The notes under the pieces are model-generated. The model made no database searches. It saw only the letters and a list, made by a program, of their open reading frames with translations, and was not told where the DNA came from. From an uncultured delta proteobacterium (lineage in GTDB: Bacteria > Desulfobacterota > Binatia > UBA9968), in the NCBI GenBank assembly GCA_963727625.1, contig CAVSHR010000004.1, forward strand, positions 1,216,001 through 1,280,000: 64,000 nucleotides of DNA, read 5' to 3'. Position numbers and translations under genes: made by a program. Shown here piece by piece: positions 27,548-38,021 of the stretch (within the stretch, counting starts at the first letter, position 1; every line of letters starts with the position of its first letter).

Positions 27548-29671
27548 TCAAACAAACAAAGGCGCCAGCACGAGTGTGATCGTCGCGAGAAGCTTGATCA
27601 AAACGTGCAAGCTCGGGCCCGCAGTGTCTTTGAATGGGTCGCCGACGGTGTCGCCGACCACCGCGGCTTTGTGCGTCTCGGAACCCTTGCCGCCGTAAGC
27701 GCCGGACTCGATATATTTTTTGGCATTGTCCCATGCTCCACCGCTGTTATTTAAGAATGTGGCCATCAAAATGCCGGCAATGGTGCCGACCATGAGTAGA
27801 GCCGCGACCGCCTCGGCGCCGACACCGAACATGCGAAAGATCAGGCCGACGGCGACGGGTGTACCGACAGCAATAATGCCGGGCAGTATCATCTCTCTCA
27901 GCGCGCCGACGGTGACGATGTCGACACAACGCGCGTAGTCCGGCTTAACTGTTCCCTGGAGAATTCCGGCATTTTCCTTGAACTGCCGCCTGACCTCGTT
28001 GATGACAACGTAGGCGGCCTTGCCCACCGCGCGGATCGCCAGCGCGGAAAATAGAAAAACCAATGTCGCACCCAACAGCCCACCGACAAAAATTTCAGGC
28101 TTGGCGATATTGACCGATTCGAGCTTCGCGCCGTAATGAGCGACTTCGTCCAGGTAAGCAGAGAAAAGCAAAAACGCGGCGAGCGCCGCCGAACCGATGG
28201 CATAACCTTTAGTGAGAGCCTTGGTGGTATTACCGACCGCGTCGAGGCGGTCGGTCTTCTGGCGCACCTCCTCGGGTTGCCCGCTCATTTCGATAATTCC
28301 GCCGGCGTTATCGGTGATCGGCCCGAAGGTATCCATTGCCAAGATGTATGCCGCGGTTCCCAACATACCCATGGTCGCCACCGCAGTGCCGAACAAACCC
28401 GCGTTGGGGACGCCGCTCGCTTTTCCGAGATAATAGGCGCTGAGAATCGCGATCGAAATCACGATCACAGGGGGAAACGTACATTCGAGCCCGACCGCGA
28501 TACCCGTAATAATATTGGTCGCTGGACCTGTCTGCGATGCTTCGGCGATCTCTCTCACCGGACGGTATTTGTATTCGGTGTAGTACTGCGTGATGTAAAC
28601 AAACGCCTGCGCCATCGAGATGCCGATGACACCACACAGGAAGAAATAGAACCACGCAGAGGTCGCCTCCGGATGGGCGACGGGATCCACGGCGAGCAGC
28701 CATTTAGCTGCAAAGAAAAAGCCGACGATGGCAAGGACGCTGGTGACATAATAGCCGCGGTTGAGCGCGTGCATCGGGTCTTCGTCTTCCCGGCATTTAA
28801 CGATCATGACGCCCACGATCGAAGCCAACAGTCCGAAGGCGCGCGCGACGAGCGGAAAGAGAATGCCCTTGAGGCCAAAGAACGGATAGAGACCGACGCC
28901 GAGAATCATCGCGCCGATATTTTCTGCCGCAGTCGATTCAAACAAATCCGCGCCACGGCCAGCGCAATCGCCGACATTATCGCCGACAAGATCGGCGATA
29001 ACCGCTGGATTGCGCGGATCGTCTTCGGGGATACCGGCTTCGACCTTGCCGACGAGATCGGCGCCAACATCCGCGGCTTTGGTATAGATACCGCCGCCGA
29101 GCTGGGCAAAGAGCGCGACGAAGGAGGCGCCAAAGCCATAGCCGACGATCGTAAACGGAATCTTTCGCGGATCGTGTCCGAGCGTTTCCAATAAAGCGTA
29201 TAATCCGCCCACACCGAGCAAGCTCATCGCGACGACAAACAAGCCGGACACAGCGCCGCCGCGCATCGCTATTTGCAAGCCCTCGTTGAGGCTCGATCGC
29301 ACGGCGGCAGCGGTCCGTATGTTTGCCCGAATCGAGACCCACATGCCGACGTAACCGGCGGTCACGGAACAAGCCGCTCCCAAGACGAAAGAAAAGGTTG
29401 TCCAGAAGGCCATCTGCACCGGTGGCACGGGATCGGCCGGGCTCGGAGTGCGCGCATAGGCGTAGAGGACAAAGATGAACGCCGCCAAAACCGCAGCGAG
29501 ACTTATGATCGTTCGATTTTGCCGCGACAAGAAGGCCTCGGCTCCTTCTTTAATCGCGTTAGAAATCTCCTGCATCTTTGGCGTGCCGGTGTCGTGTTTA
29601 AGCACGTAGCGGGCCAAATAGACCGCAAAGACCAACGACAGGCAGCTAATCGCAATTACAAACGAGATCAT
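27548..29671 (-). CDS. hppA: Membrane-bound pyrophosphatase, K+-independent H+-pumping type
   Basis: [35 protein letters not shown] and [10 protein letters not shown] motifs; GNTTKA has Lys at the K+-determinant position. Confidence 0.95.
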   Translation of the reverse strand: MISFVIAISCLSLVFAVYLARYVLKHDTGTPKMQEISNAIKEGAEAFLSRQNRTIISLAAVLAAFIFVLYAYARTPSPADPVPPVQMAFWTTFSFVLGAACSVTAGYVGMWVSIRANIRTAAAVRSSLNEGLQIAMRGGAVSGLFVVAMSLLGVGGLYALLETLGHDPRKIPFTIVGYGFGASFVALFAQLGGGIYTKAADVGADLVGKVEAGIPEDDPRNPAVIADLVGDNVGDCAGRGADLFESTAAENIGAMILGVGLYPFFGLKGILFPLVARAFGLLASIVGVMIVKCREDEDPMHALNRGYYVTSVLAIVGFFFAAKWLLAVDPVAHPEATSAWFYFFLCGVIGISMAQAFVYITQYYTEYKYRPVREIAEASQTGPATNIITGIAVGLECTFPPVIVISIAILSAYYLGKASGVPNAGLFGTAVATMGMLGTAAYILAMDTFGPITDNAGGIIEMSGQPEEVRQKTDRLDAVGNTTKALTKGYAIGSAALAAFLLFSAYLDEVAHYGAKLESVNIAKPEIFVGGLLGATLVFLFSALAIRAVGKAAYVVINEVRRQFKENAGILQGTVKPDYARCVDIVTVGALREMILPGIIAVGTPVAVGLIFRMFGVGAEAVAALLMVGTIAGILMATFLNNSGGAWDNAKKYIESGAYGGKGSETHKAAVVGDTVGDPFKDTAGPSLHVLIKLLATITLVLAPLFV

Positions 29672-29700
29672 TACTCCTCCTCATCCCTGATACCTATTAA

Positions 29701-30429
29701 TCATTCGGGTCTGCGCCATATATACGCGATACCTATACTGAGGATGTAAAGCAGCAGCATCGGCACCGCGAGAAGACTTTGATTGATCACGTCGGGGGTC
29801 GGCGTCAAAATTGCCGCGATAATGAAAATAGCGACGATCGCGTAACGAAACGACCGAAGCATCAATCGATAGTCCCAGATGCCGACTCGCACCAGGAAAA
29901 AAGTGAAAACGGGCAATTCGAATGTCGCTCCAAAAGCCAAAACCATGCGAAAGAAAAAAGTAAAATATTCGCCAATCCGAATCGCTGGACTGACCCCCAT
30001 GCTCTCGTACTGCTCGATAAAATACTTAAACGCGACCGGCAAGACGAAACGATAACAAAAATAAGCGCCAGACACGAAAAATAACGTGGCGCACAAGACA
30101 AACGGTAAAACCCATTTCTGCTCGCTGCCCGAAAGGCCCGGCGCAACGAAGCCCCAGATCTGATAGAAAATCACCGGGCATGAAAAAAGCACACCGGCAG
30201 CGAGGGCGACTTTTATTTCAACAAAAAATGCTTCAGTAACACTGGTGCCGATGAGATTTTGACCTGGCTGCAAGTTCTGCCGCAGCGGCGCCACCACAAA
30301 ACCGAAAATCGCATCGGAAAAAAAATAGCTAATGCCCGCGGCGAGGACAACGGCCAAAACCGATTTTAGAACGCACCAACGGAGCTCCTCGAGATGCTCC
30401 GTCAGCGTCATATTTGAATCCCTCGCCAA
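29701..30429 (-). CDS. tatC: Twin-arginine translocase subunit TatC
   Basis: MTLTEHLEELR, YQIWGFVAPGL, FELP and AILTPTPD motifs; true start may be ATG 30411. Confidence 0.95.
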   Translation of the reverse strand: MARDSNMTLTEHLEELRWCVLKSVLAVVLAAGISYFFSDAIFGFVVAPLRQNLQPGQNLIGTSVTEAFFVEIKVALAAGVLFSCPVIFYQIWGFVAPGLSGSEQKWVLPFVLCATLFFVSGAYFCYRFVLPVAFKYFIEQYESMGVSPAIRIGEYFTFFFRMVLAFGATFELPVFTFFLVRVGIWDYRLMLRSFRYAIVAIFIIAAILTPTPDVINQSLLAVPMLLLYILSIGIAYIWRRPE

Positions 30430-30455
30430 AATCCACTACCACAAACCAAAATCAC

Positions 30456-30488
30456 AAAAAAGGGGAAGGATACGATCCCTTCCCCTTT
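30456..30488 (-). terminator. Intrinsic terminator after the small lipoprotein gene
   Basis: Minus strand AAAGGGGAAGG-loop-CCTTCCCCTTTTTT. Confidence 0.75.
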
Positions 30489-30528
30489 CCGGTTGGCAAA
30501 AAACCACCTAGGTCAGATCAATGGACCT

Positions 30529-30762
30529 TTACTTGGTTTTCGCGTCCTCTTTCTTTTCTTCGGCCTTTTCCGGCTCCGGAGCCGCATCCTTCATAGCCTC
30601 ATCCGGTTTTTGCTCAGCCGCAGGAGCAGCAGACTCGGCAGGCGCCGCAGGTGCCGGTGGTGGAGGCGGAGCTGGCTCTTCCTTCTTACCGCATCCGACA
30701 AAGGTCAGAGTAAAAGCGAAGAGGGTAATTGCCGACAACGAAACGAATTTTTTTCCCATCAT
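30529..30762 (-). CDS. Small Pro/Ala/Glu/Lys-rich lipoprotein
   Basis: AAAGGAGG RBS, lipobox FVGC, disordered mature part. Confidence 0.75.
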   Translation of the reverse strand: MMGKKFVSLSAITLFAFTLTFVGCGKKEEPAPPPPPAPAAPAESAAPAAEQKPDEAMKDAAPEPEKAEEKKEDAKTK

Positions 30763-31496
30763 TGATTCACCTCCTTTCCCGTCACACTTCTAAAAAAGCC
30801 CCATCTGTTGACCCATTGATATCGCATAAGTTGTTAGGATATTCAAGTGTACTATGCACCATGATCGGCCATTGCGCAATTTTCAACACAGAGATCACGG
30901 TTCAAAACAAATGACCTTGCGGCAATGGTCCCAGCGAATTTCTTTAAACGTGGTTATGAAATGTGAAACGAGTATCTGCACTGGCCAAACCATCCGAGCC
31001 GCCAAAAGCCAAAGTCAGCGTTCCTGCCGGCACAAACCGAGCACCCATTGAACCTACCGGGGAGCCGGGGCTGCGGCTTGGAGACTGCTCACAGAGCAGA
31101 ACGCTTGGATTCAGGGAAAACTAACACCGAATGTTCATAACTTGTTGATAACTTAAGCCGCGCATGGGCCAGAAGGCCAAAATTAGCGGAGCCGAGCGAA
31201 TTGCTTAATTTCTCAGCGCTATTCTATAATAACTTTCAACTAGTTGGCAGAATTTCTAAAATATTTAAAAAATACCATAACGAATGATCGTGGGGATTTT
31301 GACCGGTCGCGGCACCAACATCAATCGAACCTGCTTTGTGCACGCCAGCTAAGGGGGGAATCCGACGTGAAAGTAAAGTCCTTGCCCTGGAGGATAGGAT
31401 ACCAAACTGCCGGTTTTGGACAGGCTACGCGTGGGTAGGTGCCAGCGCTAATGGGTTCTTAGGGATTGTCTAGGCTGCGCAGGGTTGAAGCACTCG

Positions 31497-31525
31497 TTGA
31501 CTCCACCGGAAGGCAATGGTAAAAA
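31497..31525 (+). promoter_or_regulatory. Probable sigma-70 promoter of rpsT
   Basis: TTGACT-N17-TAAAAA with TG upstream of the -10. Confidence 0.45.
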
Positions 31526-31553
31526 TCGTTAAAGTTAAACTTGGAGGAATTCC

Positions 31554-31826
31554 TTGGTCATACATACTTCGGCCATCAAGAGACACCGTCAAAACCTAAA
31601 AAATCGGGTACGCAATATCGAGACGAAATCAAAGCTTAGAACTTTGATCAAAAGAGCACGCCAAGCGATTGAGGTCAAAAATCAAGAAGCTGCTGCAAAC
31701 CAAATCCGCGCCGTAAACAAAGCCTTAGGATCTGCCGTTAGCAAAGGCATCATCAAAAGCAACACCGCGTCGCGCTGGTTATCCCGTCTCTCCCGTTCCG
31801 CGTCACAGCTTTCCAAAGCTGGTTGA
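31554..31826 (+). CDS. rpsT: 30S ribosomal protein S20
   Basis: SAIKRHRQ...KSKLRT...KGIIKSNTASR; TTG start after GGAGG. Confidence 0.95.
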   Translation: MVIHTSAIKRHRQNLKNRVRNIETKSKLRTLIKRARQAIEVKNQEAAANQIRAVNKALGSAVSKGIIKSNTASRWLSRLSRSASQLSKAG

Positions 31827-31890
31827 TTTTTGTTGAATATCGCCGGTCAGCTTGGCTGAGAGACCAACCGAAACCAGAACGAATTCGCTC

Positions 31891-32505
31891 TCAAAACATT
31901 TCCATGACCCGCTCGTGAAGTTCTTTCGCAAAGCGCTCCATCAGATCGTTGCGAACCGCCCGTCGCTGGATTTCCGTCAGTTGAATATCGGTCATCCGCC
32001 GCACATCCGACGCGTTTAATGTTCCGGTAAGAAACTCCGACGAGGTCGTCACCACCGCCGCGCGGGACCCAGCTTGCACGTCGCTTAAGCGCACGCCTTG
32101 CCCCCTCCACAAGATCTCATTGGGCTCCCGGCGCCGTAGTGTTACGTCCAATGTGAGCACCGATTCGTACTGCAACACTTCGTCTTTTCGGTTGACCGAA
32201 GCGGTCCTTTGCTCAAGCGATCGAACCACGCCGCTTAAAATCAGGTCAGCCTGCTCGGGTTGCTCGACGACCTTAAGGCGGCCACGGCGATAGAATTCTC
32301 CCCGCAGCGCCGACGTGAGCTCTTTGTCCATTCCGACATCGCGGCTGCGATTGACGAAGGGTTCCACATATACGGTCCGGGCGTCCTTGGGTAAGAGCGA
32401 ACTCTCCCCGGCGAATTGGTAGCCGCATCCACCGAGGGCCGGCAGCAATATCGCCACAACGAGATAATTCCACCAACGCCGCCGGAGCCCATCGCGATCG
32501 TGCAT
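31891..32505 (-). CDS. lptE: LPS assembly lipoprotein LptE family
   Basis: Lipobox GGCGY; directly downstream of leuS; start moved to ATG 32505. Confidence 0.8.
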   Translation of the reverse strand: MHDRDGLRRRWWNYLVVAILLPALGGCGYQFAGESSLLPKDARTVYVEPFVNRSRDVGMDKELTSALRGEFYRRGRLKVVEQPEQADLILSGVVRSLEQRTASVNRKDEVLQYESVLTLDVTLRRREPNEILWRGQGVRLSDVQAGSRAAVVTTSSEFLTGTLNASDVRRMTDIQLTEIQRRAVRNDLMERFAKELHERVMEMF

Positions 32506-32509
32506 TGTC

Positions 32510-35107
32510 TTAGCTCTCCACAACGATATTCACTAAGCGGCGCGGTACATAGACTACGCGCTGAACCTTTTTACCGAGTAGCAACCCGGCGACCTTGGGA
32601 TCGGCCAGGGCGTCGGTCTCGATCCGCTCTTGTGCTACGTCCGCTGGGACCGTGATTTTACCCCTTACTTTTCCATTGACCTGAACGACGATCAACAATC
32701 GTTCTTCCTCGAGCGCGTCCCCGGAGTAACTCGGCCACGCCACCTGATCCACTCGCTGATCGTAACCAAGCGCTTCCCACAACTCGGTCGCCGCATGGGG
32801 AACGAAGGGCGCGAGGAGCAACACCAAGGTCTCTAACCCCTGCCTTCTCACCTCTGCGGCCGCGCTCGAATCGGCGCTTTGCTGCGAGGCGGCGCTCAAG
32901 GCATTGAACAGCTCCATGATCGCGGCAATGGCGGTATTGAAGTGGAACCGCCCGTCGATGTCGTCGGAGACTTTTTTGATGGTTCGGTGAATCGTGCGGC
33001 GCAGATCGCGCAGATCGGCAGATAGCTCCGTCGCGCCGGCCGCCGGCCGACCCTGTGACCACAGGCCGCGCTGATGATAAATCAACCGCCACAGCCGGGA
33101 CAAAAACCGGTAGGCGCCCTCGACGCCTTGATCGCTCCATTCCAAATCTTTTTCTGGCGGCGCCGCGAAAAGGGTAAATAGGCGGGCCGTATCAGCGCCG
33201 TAGCGATTCACCAGATCTTCCGGATCGATAATGTTACGCTTCGACTTGGACATCTTTTCGACTCGGCCGGTGATTACCGGGCGGCCGCACTTGGCGCATT
33301 CCCAACTGTCCTTCTCCGAACCTGTCAGATCGCCGGGAAAAAGCCAGCCATGCTCGCTGCAGCGATAGGTTTCTTTCGATACCATTCCTTGGGTGAGCAG
33401 ATTGGTGAACGGTTCGTCGATCTCGGCGAGTCTCAAATCGCGCAGCGCTTTGGTAAAGAAGCGCGCATAGAGCAAATGCAGCACAGCATGCTCGACACCG
33501 CCGATATACTGATCCACGGCCATCCAGTAGTGCGCTTTCTCAGAGTCGAACGGCGCGCCGTCGAAACCGGCGGAAGTGTAACGGAGAAAATACCACGACG
33601 AATCGACAAAAGTGTCCATGGTATCGGTCTCGCGCCGAGCTGCGGTGCCGCATTTTGGACAGGCAACTTGCAGGAAAAGCTTGCTTTCGCCCAATGGCGA
33701 GCTGCCCTTGCCGCTAATCGGTACTTCCTTAGGCAACTCCACCGGCAAATCATTTTCCGGCACCGGCACGGTGCCACAGCGGTCGCAATAGATGATCGGA
33801 ATCGGCGTGCCCCAATAACGCTGTCGGGAAACTCCCCAATCGCGCAAACGGTATCTAATCGCTTTTTTGCCCCAGCCCTGAGCTTCGGCATGAGCGGCAA
33901 TTTTTTCCTTGCCGTCTAGGTTCGCCAGGCCGGAAAATTCAGCGCTATCGGCCATCACACCTTCATCGACATAAGCTTCGGCTAGCAATTCGGCGCTAAG
34001 AGATCGGTCCCGCGGTTGAATCACGACGCGAATCGGCAGACCGTACTTTTTGGCGAATTCGAAATCCCGTTGGTCATGGGCGGGCACCGCCATCACCGCA
34101 CCAGTACCGTACTCCATCAAGACAAAATTCGCCAAGTAAATCGGAATTGCCTCACGGGTAAACGGATTGCGGCAGTAGGCGCCGGTAAAAACACCCTCTT
34201 TCTCGGTCTCTTCGTCGCCCCGTTTGGCCTGGCTGATTTTTTTAAATTGGTCTATGAATTTTTCGACCGCCTGCTGCTGCGTCGTGCCGCGCGCAAGTGT
34301 GAGCGCCAGCGGATGCTCTACCGCTAAAGATACAAAGGTTGCGCCGAAGATTGTGTCCGGCCTGGTGGTAAAAATGCGCAGCGAGCCGTCATGCCCCTGC
34401 AGCGGAAAGTCTATTTCCGCGCCGATCGACTTGCCGATCCAGTTGCGCTGCATGGTAACGACTTTTTCAGGCCAACCGCTGAGCTTGTCCAAATCCTGGA
34501 GAAGTTCTTCAGCATAATCCGTGATCCGGAAGAACCACTGCTCCAGCTCCTTTTGTACGACCGCAGAATCGCAGCGCCAGCAGGCACCGTCGACCACCTG
34601 CTCATTGGCCAGGACCGTTTCGCAGGACGGACACCAGTTGACGAAGGAATTTTTTTTGTAAGCCAGTCCCTTTTTGAAAAACTGCAGAAAGATCCATTGA
34701 TTCCAACGGTAATATTCCGGTTGGCAAGTGGCCACCTCGCGCGCCCAATCGTAGGAAAGACCCATACGTTTGAGCTGGGTCTTCATGTAGAGAATATTTT
34801 CCTCTGTCCAAGCTTGGGGATGCACGCCACGCTCAATGGCAGCGTTCTCCGCGGGCAAGCCGAAGGCGTCCCAGCCCATCGGATGGAGCACATTGAAGCC
34901 GCGCATGCGCTTGTAGCGCGCCACCACGTCGCCGATGGAATAATTGCGCACATGGCCCATGTGAATGCGCCCCGATGGATAGGGGAACATTTCCAAGACG
35001 TAGTACTTTGGCTTTGACGCATCTTCCACGACGTCGAACGATCGATCTTCCGCCCAGATTCGTTGCCACTTCTCTTCGATAGCTTTGGCTTGATAGCGCT
35101 CTTCCAT
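32510..35107 (-). CDS. leuS: Leucine--tRNA ligase
   Basis: [29 protein letters not shown] and VQVNGKVRG motifs. Confidence 0.98.
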   Translation of the reverse strand: MEERYQAKAIEEKWQRIWAEDRSFDVVEDASKPKYYVLEMFPYPSGRIHMGHVRNYSIGDVVARYKRMRGFNVLHPMGWDAFGLPAENAAIERGVHPQAWTEENILYMKTQLKRMGLSYDWAREVATCQPEYYRWNQWIFLQFFKKGLAYKKNSFVNWCPSCETVLANEQVVDGACWRCDSAVVQKELEQWFFRITDYAEELLQDLDKLSGWPEKVVTMQRNWIGKSIGAEIDFPLQGHDGSLRIFTTRPDTIFGATFVSLAVEHPLALTLARGTTQQQAVEKFIDQFKKISQAKRGDEETEKEGVFTGAYCRNPFTREAIPIYLANFVLMEYGTGAVMAVPAHDQRDFEFAKKYGLPIRVVIQPRDRSLSAELLAEAYVDEGVMADSAEFSGLANLDGKEKIAAHAEAQGWGKKAIRYRLRDWGVSRQRYWGTPIPIIYCDRCGTVPVPENDLPVELPKEVPISGKGSSPLGESKLFLQVACPKCGTAARRETDTMDTFVDSSWYFLRYTSAGFDGAPFDSEKAHYWMAVDQYIGGVEHAVLHLLYARFFTKALRDLRLAEIDEPFTNLLTQGMVSKETYRCSEHGWLFPGDLTGSEKDSWECAKCGRPVITGRVEKMSKSKRNIIDPEDLVNRYGADTARLFTLFAAPPEKDLEWSDQGVEGAYRFLSRLWRLIYHQRGLWSQGRPAAGATELSADLRDLRRTIHRTIKKVSDDIDGRFHFNTAIAAIMELFNALSAASQQSADSSAAAEVRRQGLETLVLLLAPFVPHAATELWEALGYDQRVDQVAWPSYSGDALEEERLLIVVQVNGKVRGKITVPADVAQERIETDALADPKVAGLLLGKKVQRVVYVPRRLVNIVVES

Positions 35108-35112
35108 GGAAT

Positions 35113-35577
35113 TTAAATCACTGATTTTTTCAAATTTTGCGATTGCAGGATTTGATCCAGCACTCCGTTAATAAATTTGGCAGACTCCTCATTGCCGAAG
35201 CGCTTGGCGATCTCGATGGCCTCATCGAAGCTCACCGAAGAAGGAATATCTGGGCAATGGATCAACTCGTAGGCTGCCATGCGCAGGATCACCAAGTCCA
35301 CCTTGGCCAAGCGGGCAAGCTTCCAGTTGTCGGTGCACGCCTCGATCATCCGGTCGATCTCTGCATGTTGACTGACGACACCCGAGACCAGGCGGCGGGC
35401 GAACTCTTTGGCCTGCGCGTTACCTTCAAAATGGCGCAAAAAAAGTTCCACCGCGCCCACCGACGGATCGCCGGTGATTTCGATTTGGTACAACGCCTGC
35501 AAGGCTAACTCTCGCCCCTTTCGGCGCGTGCCCTTGACTGCGTGGACCACAGTCGATTCCTGGTGATTTTCTGACAA
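35113..35577 (-). CDS. nusB: Transcription antitermination factor NusB
   Basis: [24 protein letters not shown] and FINGVLD motifs; start uncertain. Confidence 0.95.
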   Translation of the reverse strand: MSENHQESTVVHAVKGTRRKGRELALQALYQIEITGDPSVGAVELFLRHFEGNAQAKEFARRLVSGVVSQHAEIDRMIEACTDNWKLARLAKVDLVILRMAAYELIHCPDIPSSVSFDEAIEIAKRFGNEESAKFINGVLDQILQSQNLKKSVI

Positions 35578-35619
35578 TGAATACTCTGCGATTTATTTGC
35601 GGCGCCGCATGCAATCGCG

Positions 35620-36087
35620 CTATGGCAGTTGCCGAATGACATGCGCCATTTCGACGGCCGTCAGCAGCGCCTCATAGCCCTTATTGGCGTCCTTGGCACC
35701 GGCCCGCTCCATGGCCTGCTGCACGTCGTCGGTGGTCAACACGCCGAACCCGATCGGGATTTTGTAAGTCCGCACGGCGTCGCCGATGCCGCGCGTTACC
35801 GCGTCGCAAACGTAGTCAAAATGCGGCGTGTCGCCGCGGATCACCGCGCCGAGACAAACCAGCGCGTCGTATTTGCCGCTCGCCGCCATCTTTTCCACGA
35901 TTAGGGAAATTTCAAAAGCACCGGGGACGCGCACGATGGTCAGCTTGTCGTCTTCGCCGCCGTGGCTCTTGAAACCGTCGATCGCGCCATCGAGAAGCTT
36001 TTCGGTGATAAAATTGTTGAACCGGCTGCAGACGATGCCGATTTTTAGCCCCTGGGCGTCATTCTTCCCCTCGAGAACCTGTGCCAT
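35620..36087 (-). CDS. ribH: 6,7-dimethyl-8-ribityllumazine synthase
   Basis: SRFN, VPGAFE, GAVIRGDTPHFDYV and FGVLT motifs. Confidence 0.97.
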   Translation of the reverse strand: MAQVLEGKNDAQGLKIGIVCSRFNNFITEKLLDGAIDGFKSHGGEDDKLTIVRVPGAFEISLIVEKMAASGKYDALVCLGAVIRGDTPHFDYVCDAVTRGIGDAVRTYKIPIGFGVLTTDDVQQAMERAGAKDANKGYEALLTAVEMAHVIRQLP

Positions 36088-36111
36088 GAATCACTGCGCC
36101 GCCCTGAGCGC

Positions 36112-37338
36112 TTAGCTTTTGGCGGACTTGCCTTCGAGGTTTGACAGCAGATGGCCCAACTTCCTCTGCTTGGTGCGCAGGTAGTGGATGTTGCTCTCCC
36201 TCGGCGTCACCTCGAGCGGAACCCGTTCCGCGACCTTTATGCCGTAACCTTCGAGTCCTGTGATCTTGCGTGGATTGTTGGTAAGCAACGCAATCTTTTG
36301 CACTTTGAGGTCGCGCAGGATCTGTGCGCTTATGCCGTAATCGCGGAGGTCCTCCTTGAAACCGAGGTCGAGGTTCGCTTCGACCGTATCGCGACCCTGG
36401 TCTTGCAGGGCGTAGGCACGAATCTTGTTCGTCAGGCCGATACCGCGCCCTTCCTGATGCATGTAAATAAGCACACCTTTACCCTGCTGATCGATCAACC
36501 GTAGCGACTGGCGGATTTGATCACCACAATCGCAGCGCTCCGAGCCGAAGACATCCCCGGTCAAACATTCCGAGTGAACCCGTACCAACACACACTCGGC
36601 ATTTTCCACATCGCCTTTGACCAACGCCATATGCTCGACGTGATCGACCTCGTTGCGATAGACGATCGCCCGATACATACCGCCGTGAAGCGTCGGAAAC
36701 TCCTGTTCGGCGACCCGCTGGACCAAACTTTCGCTGCGCAGTCTATAGGCAATTAAGTTCGCCACCGAAATGACCTTAAGGCCCTGCTGATCGGCGAGTC
36801 GTTCGAGCGCCGGCAGCAATGCCACTGAACCGTCCTCGTCCAAGATTTGGCAAATCGCCCCAGCCGGCTTGAAACCCGCCAAACGTGCCAAATCCACTGA
36901 TGCATCGGTCCGCCCTGAACGCGCTAACACTCCGCCGCTACGTGCCTGGAGCGGCTGCACGTGACCGGGGATGACCAGATCTTCGTGCTTAGTTTGGTCC
37001 GCGATGACCGTCTTTATCGTATGGGCGCGGCCTTGCGCCGAAACTCCGTGCACGCCTTCCAAACTTATCGAGAAAGACGCGCCGCAAATCAGACCCGCCA
37101 GCCGGCTGTTCTCCTCCGGAATCATCGGCATGCCTAGCTCGCGGATCCGTTCATCGGTTAAGGTCACGTAGATTATCCCGCGACCAAAACGCAGCATGTA
37201 ATTAAGACTCTCCGGGGTCACCTTCTCGGCGGCGACACAAAAGAAACCGTCGCTGTCCGGCGCGTCTTCGTCGACTAAAACAATCACGCGACCGTTACGA
37301 ATTTCCTCAAGACCTTCTTCGATGGTGGAGATTGGCAT
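36112..37338 (-). CDS. ribBA: RibBA-type fusion: GTP cyclohydrolase II with a degenerate DHBP synthase domain
   Basis: C-domain has intact RVHSECLTGD...RCDCG, QEGRGIGL and TNNP; N-domain has the RibB layout but altered catalytic motifs. Confidence 0.9.
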   Translation of the reverse strand: MPISTIEEGLEEIRNGRVIVLVDEDAPDSDGFFCVAAEKVTPESLNYMLRFGRGIIYVTLTDERIRELGMPMIPEENSRLAGLICGASFSISLEGVHGVSAQGRAHTIKTVIADQTKHEDLVIPGHVQPLQARSGGVLARSGRTDASVDLARLAGFKPAGAICQILDEDGSVALLPALERLADQQGLKVISVANLIAYRLRSESLVQRVAEQEFPTLHGGMYRAIVYRNEVDHVEHMALVKGDVENAECVLVRVHSECLTGDVFGSERCDCGDQIRQSLRLIDQQGKGVLIYMHQEGRGIGLTNKIRAYALQDQGRDTVEANLDLGFKEDLRDYGISAQILRDLKVQKIALLTNNPRKITGLEGYGIKVAERVPLEVTPRESNIHYLRTKQRKLGHLLSNLEGKSAKS

Positions 37339-37375
37339 GGGCTAGAGCAGGGTTAGTAAACGAATCCTGGTTGGG

Positions 37376-37969
37376 TTATTTGCGCTGTTTCATGAATCTT
37401 CGGACATATTTACCGATTAGATCGGTTTCGATGTTGACTTTATCACCAACCCTGCGACCGCGCAAATTCGTATGACGCAAGGTAAATGGAATGATCGCGA
37501 CCGAAAACCGGACGGCCGTGCATTGATTCACGGTAAGACTGATGCCGTCGACAGCGACCGACCCCTTCGACACCAATAATCCACCCAAGTGGCCCGGAAT
37601 AAGGAAGCTCAAGATCGTAAAGTCGCCCTGTTTCTTGATCGCTGCGAGGGTACCGACGCCGTCCACATGACCGGTCACCAGATGGCCGCCAAGCCGTTCT
37701 TGCAGGCGCATCGGTTGCTCGAGGTTAACCAGGCTGCCGGCATTCAGGCTTGCCAGGTTGGTCCGGCCAAGAGTTTCCGGCGAAACATCCACGGTGAACG
37801 CACTCTTGTGCTTCTTGACGACAGTCAAGCACGCACCGTTGACGGCAATGCTGGCGCCGAGCGGCATCGACCGAACCGTTAGTTTGGTCTTGATCGTCAA
37901 TACCGCCGCGCCTTTTTTCCTCTTCAGCGCGCTGATGACACCGATATCTTCAATCAATCCGGTAAACAT
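37376..37969 (-). CDS. ribE: Riboflavin synthase (alpha chain)
   Basis: MFTGL start, SIAVNGACLTV, GGHLVTGHVD and VDGISLTV motifs. Confidence 0.96.
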   Translation of the reverse strand: MFTGLIEDIGVISALKRKKGAAVLTIKTKLTVRSMPLGASIAVNGACLTVVKKHKSAFTVDVSPETLGRTNLASLNAGSLVNLEQPMRLQERLGGHLVTGHVDGVGTLAAIKKQGDFTILSFLIPGHLGGLLVSKGSVAVDGISLTVNQCTAVRFSVAIIPFTLRHTNLRGRRVGDKVNIETDLIGKYVRRFMKQRK

Positions 37970-38021
37970 ATGCCCAGCTCAATCATGAATTTTCGTCGAC
38001 GGCATCGCTCGCGCTCCGCGC

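Noticed and set aside
30852-30872. Sigma-54 promoter for the small lipoprotein gene (minus strand TGGCCGATCATGGTGCA)
   Set aside because: GG to GC spacing is one base too long.
33280-33380. Extra Cys/His cluster in LeuS before KMSKS
   Set aside because: Most likely a lineage variant of the leucine-specific domain, not a separate system.
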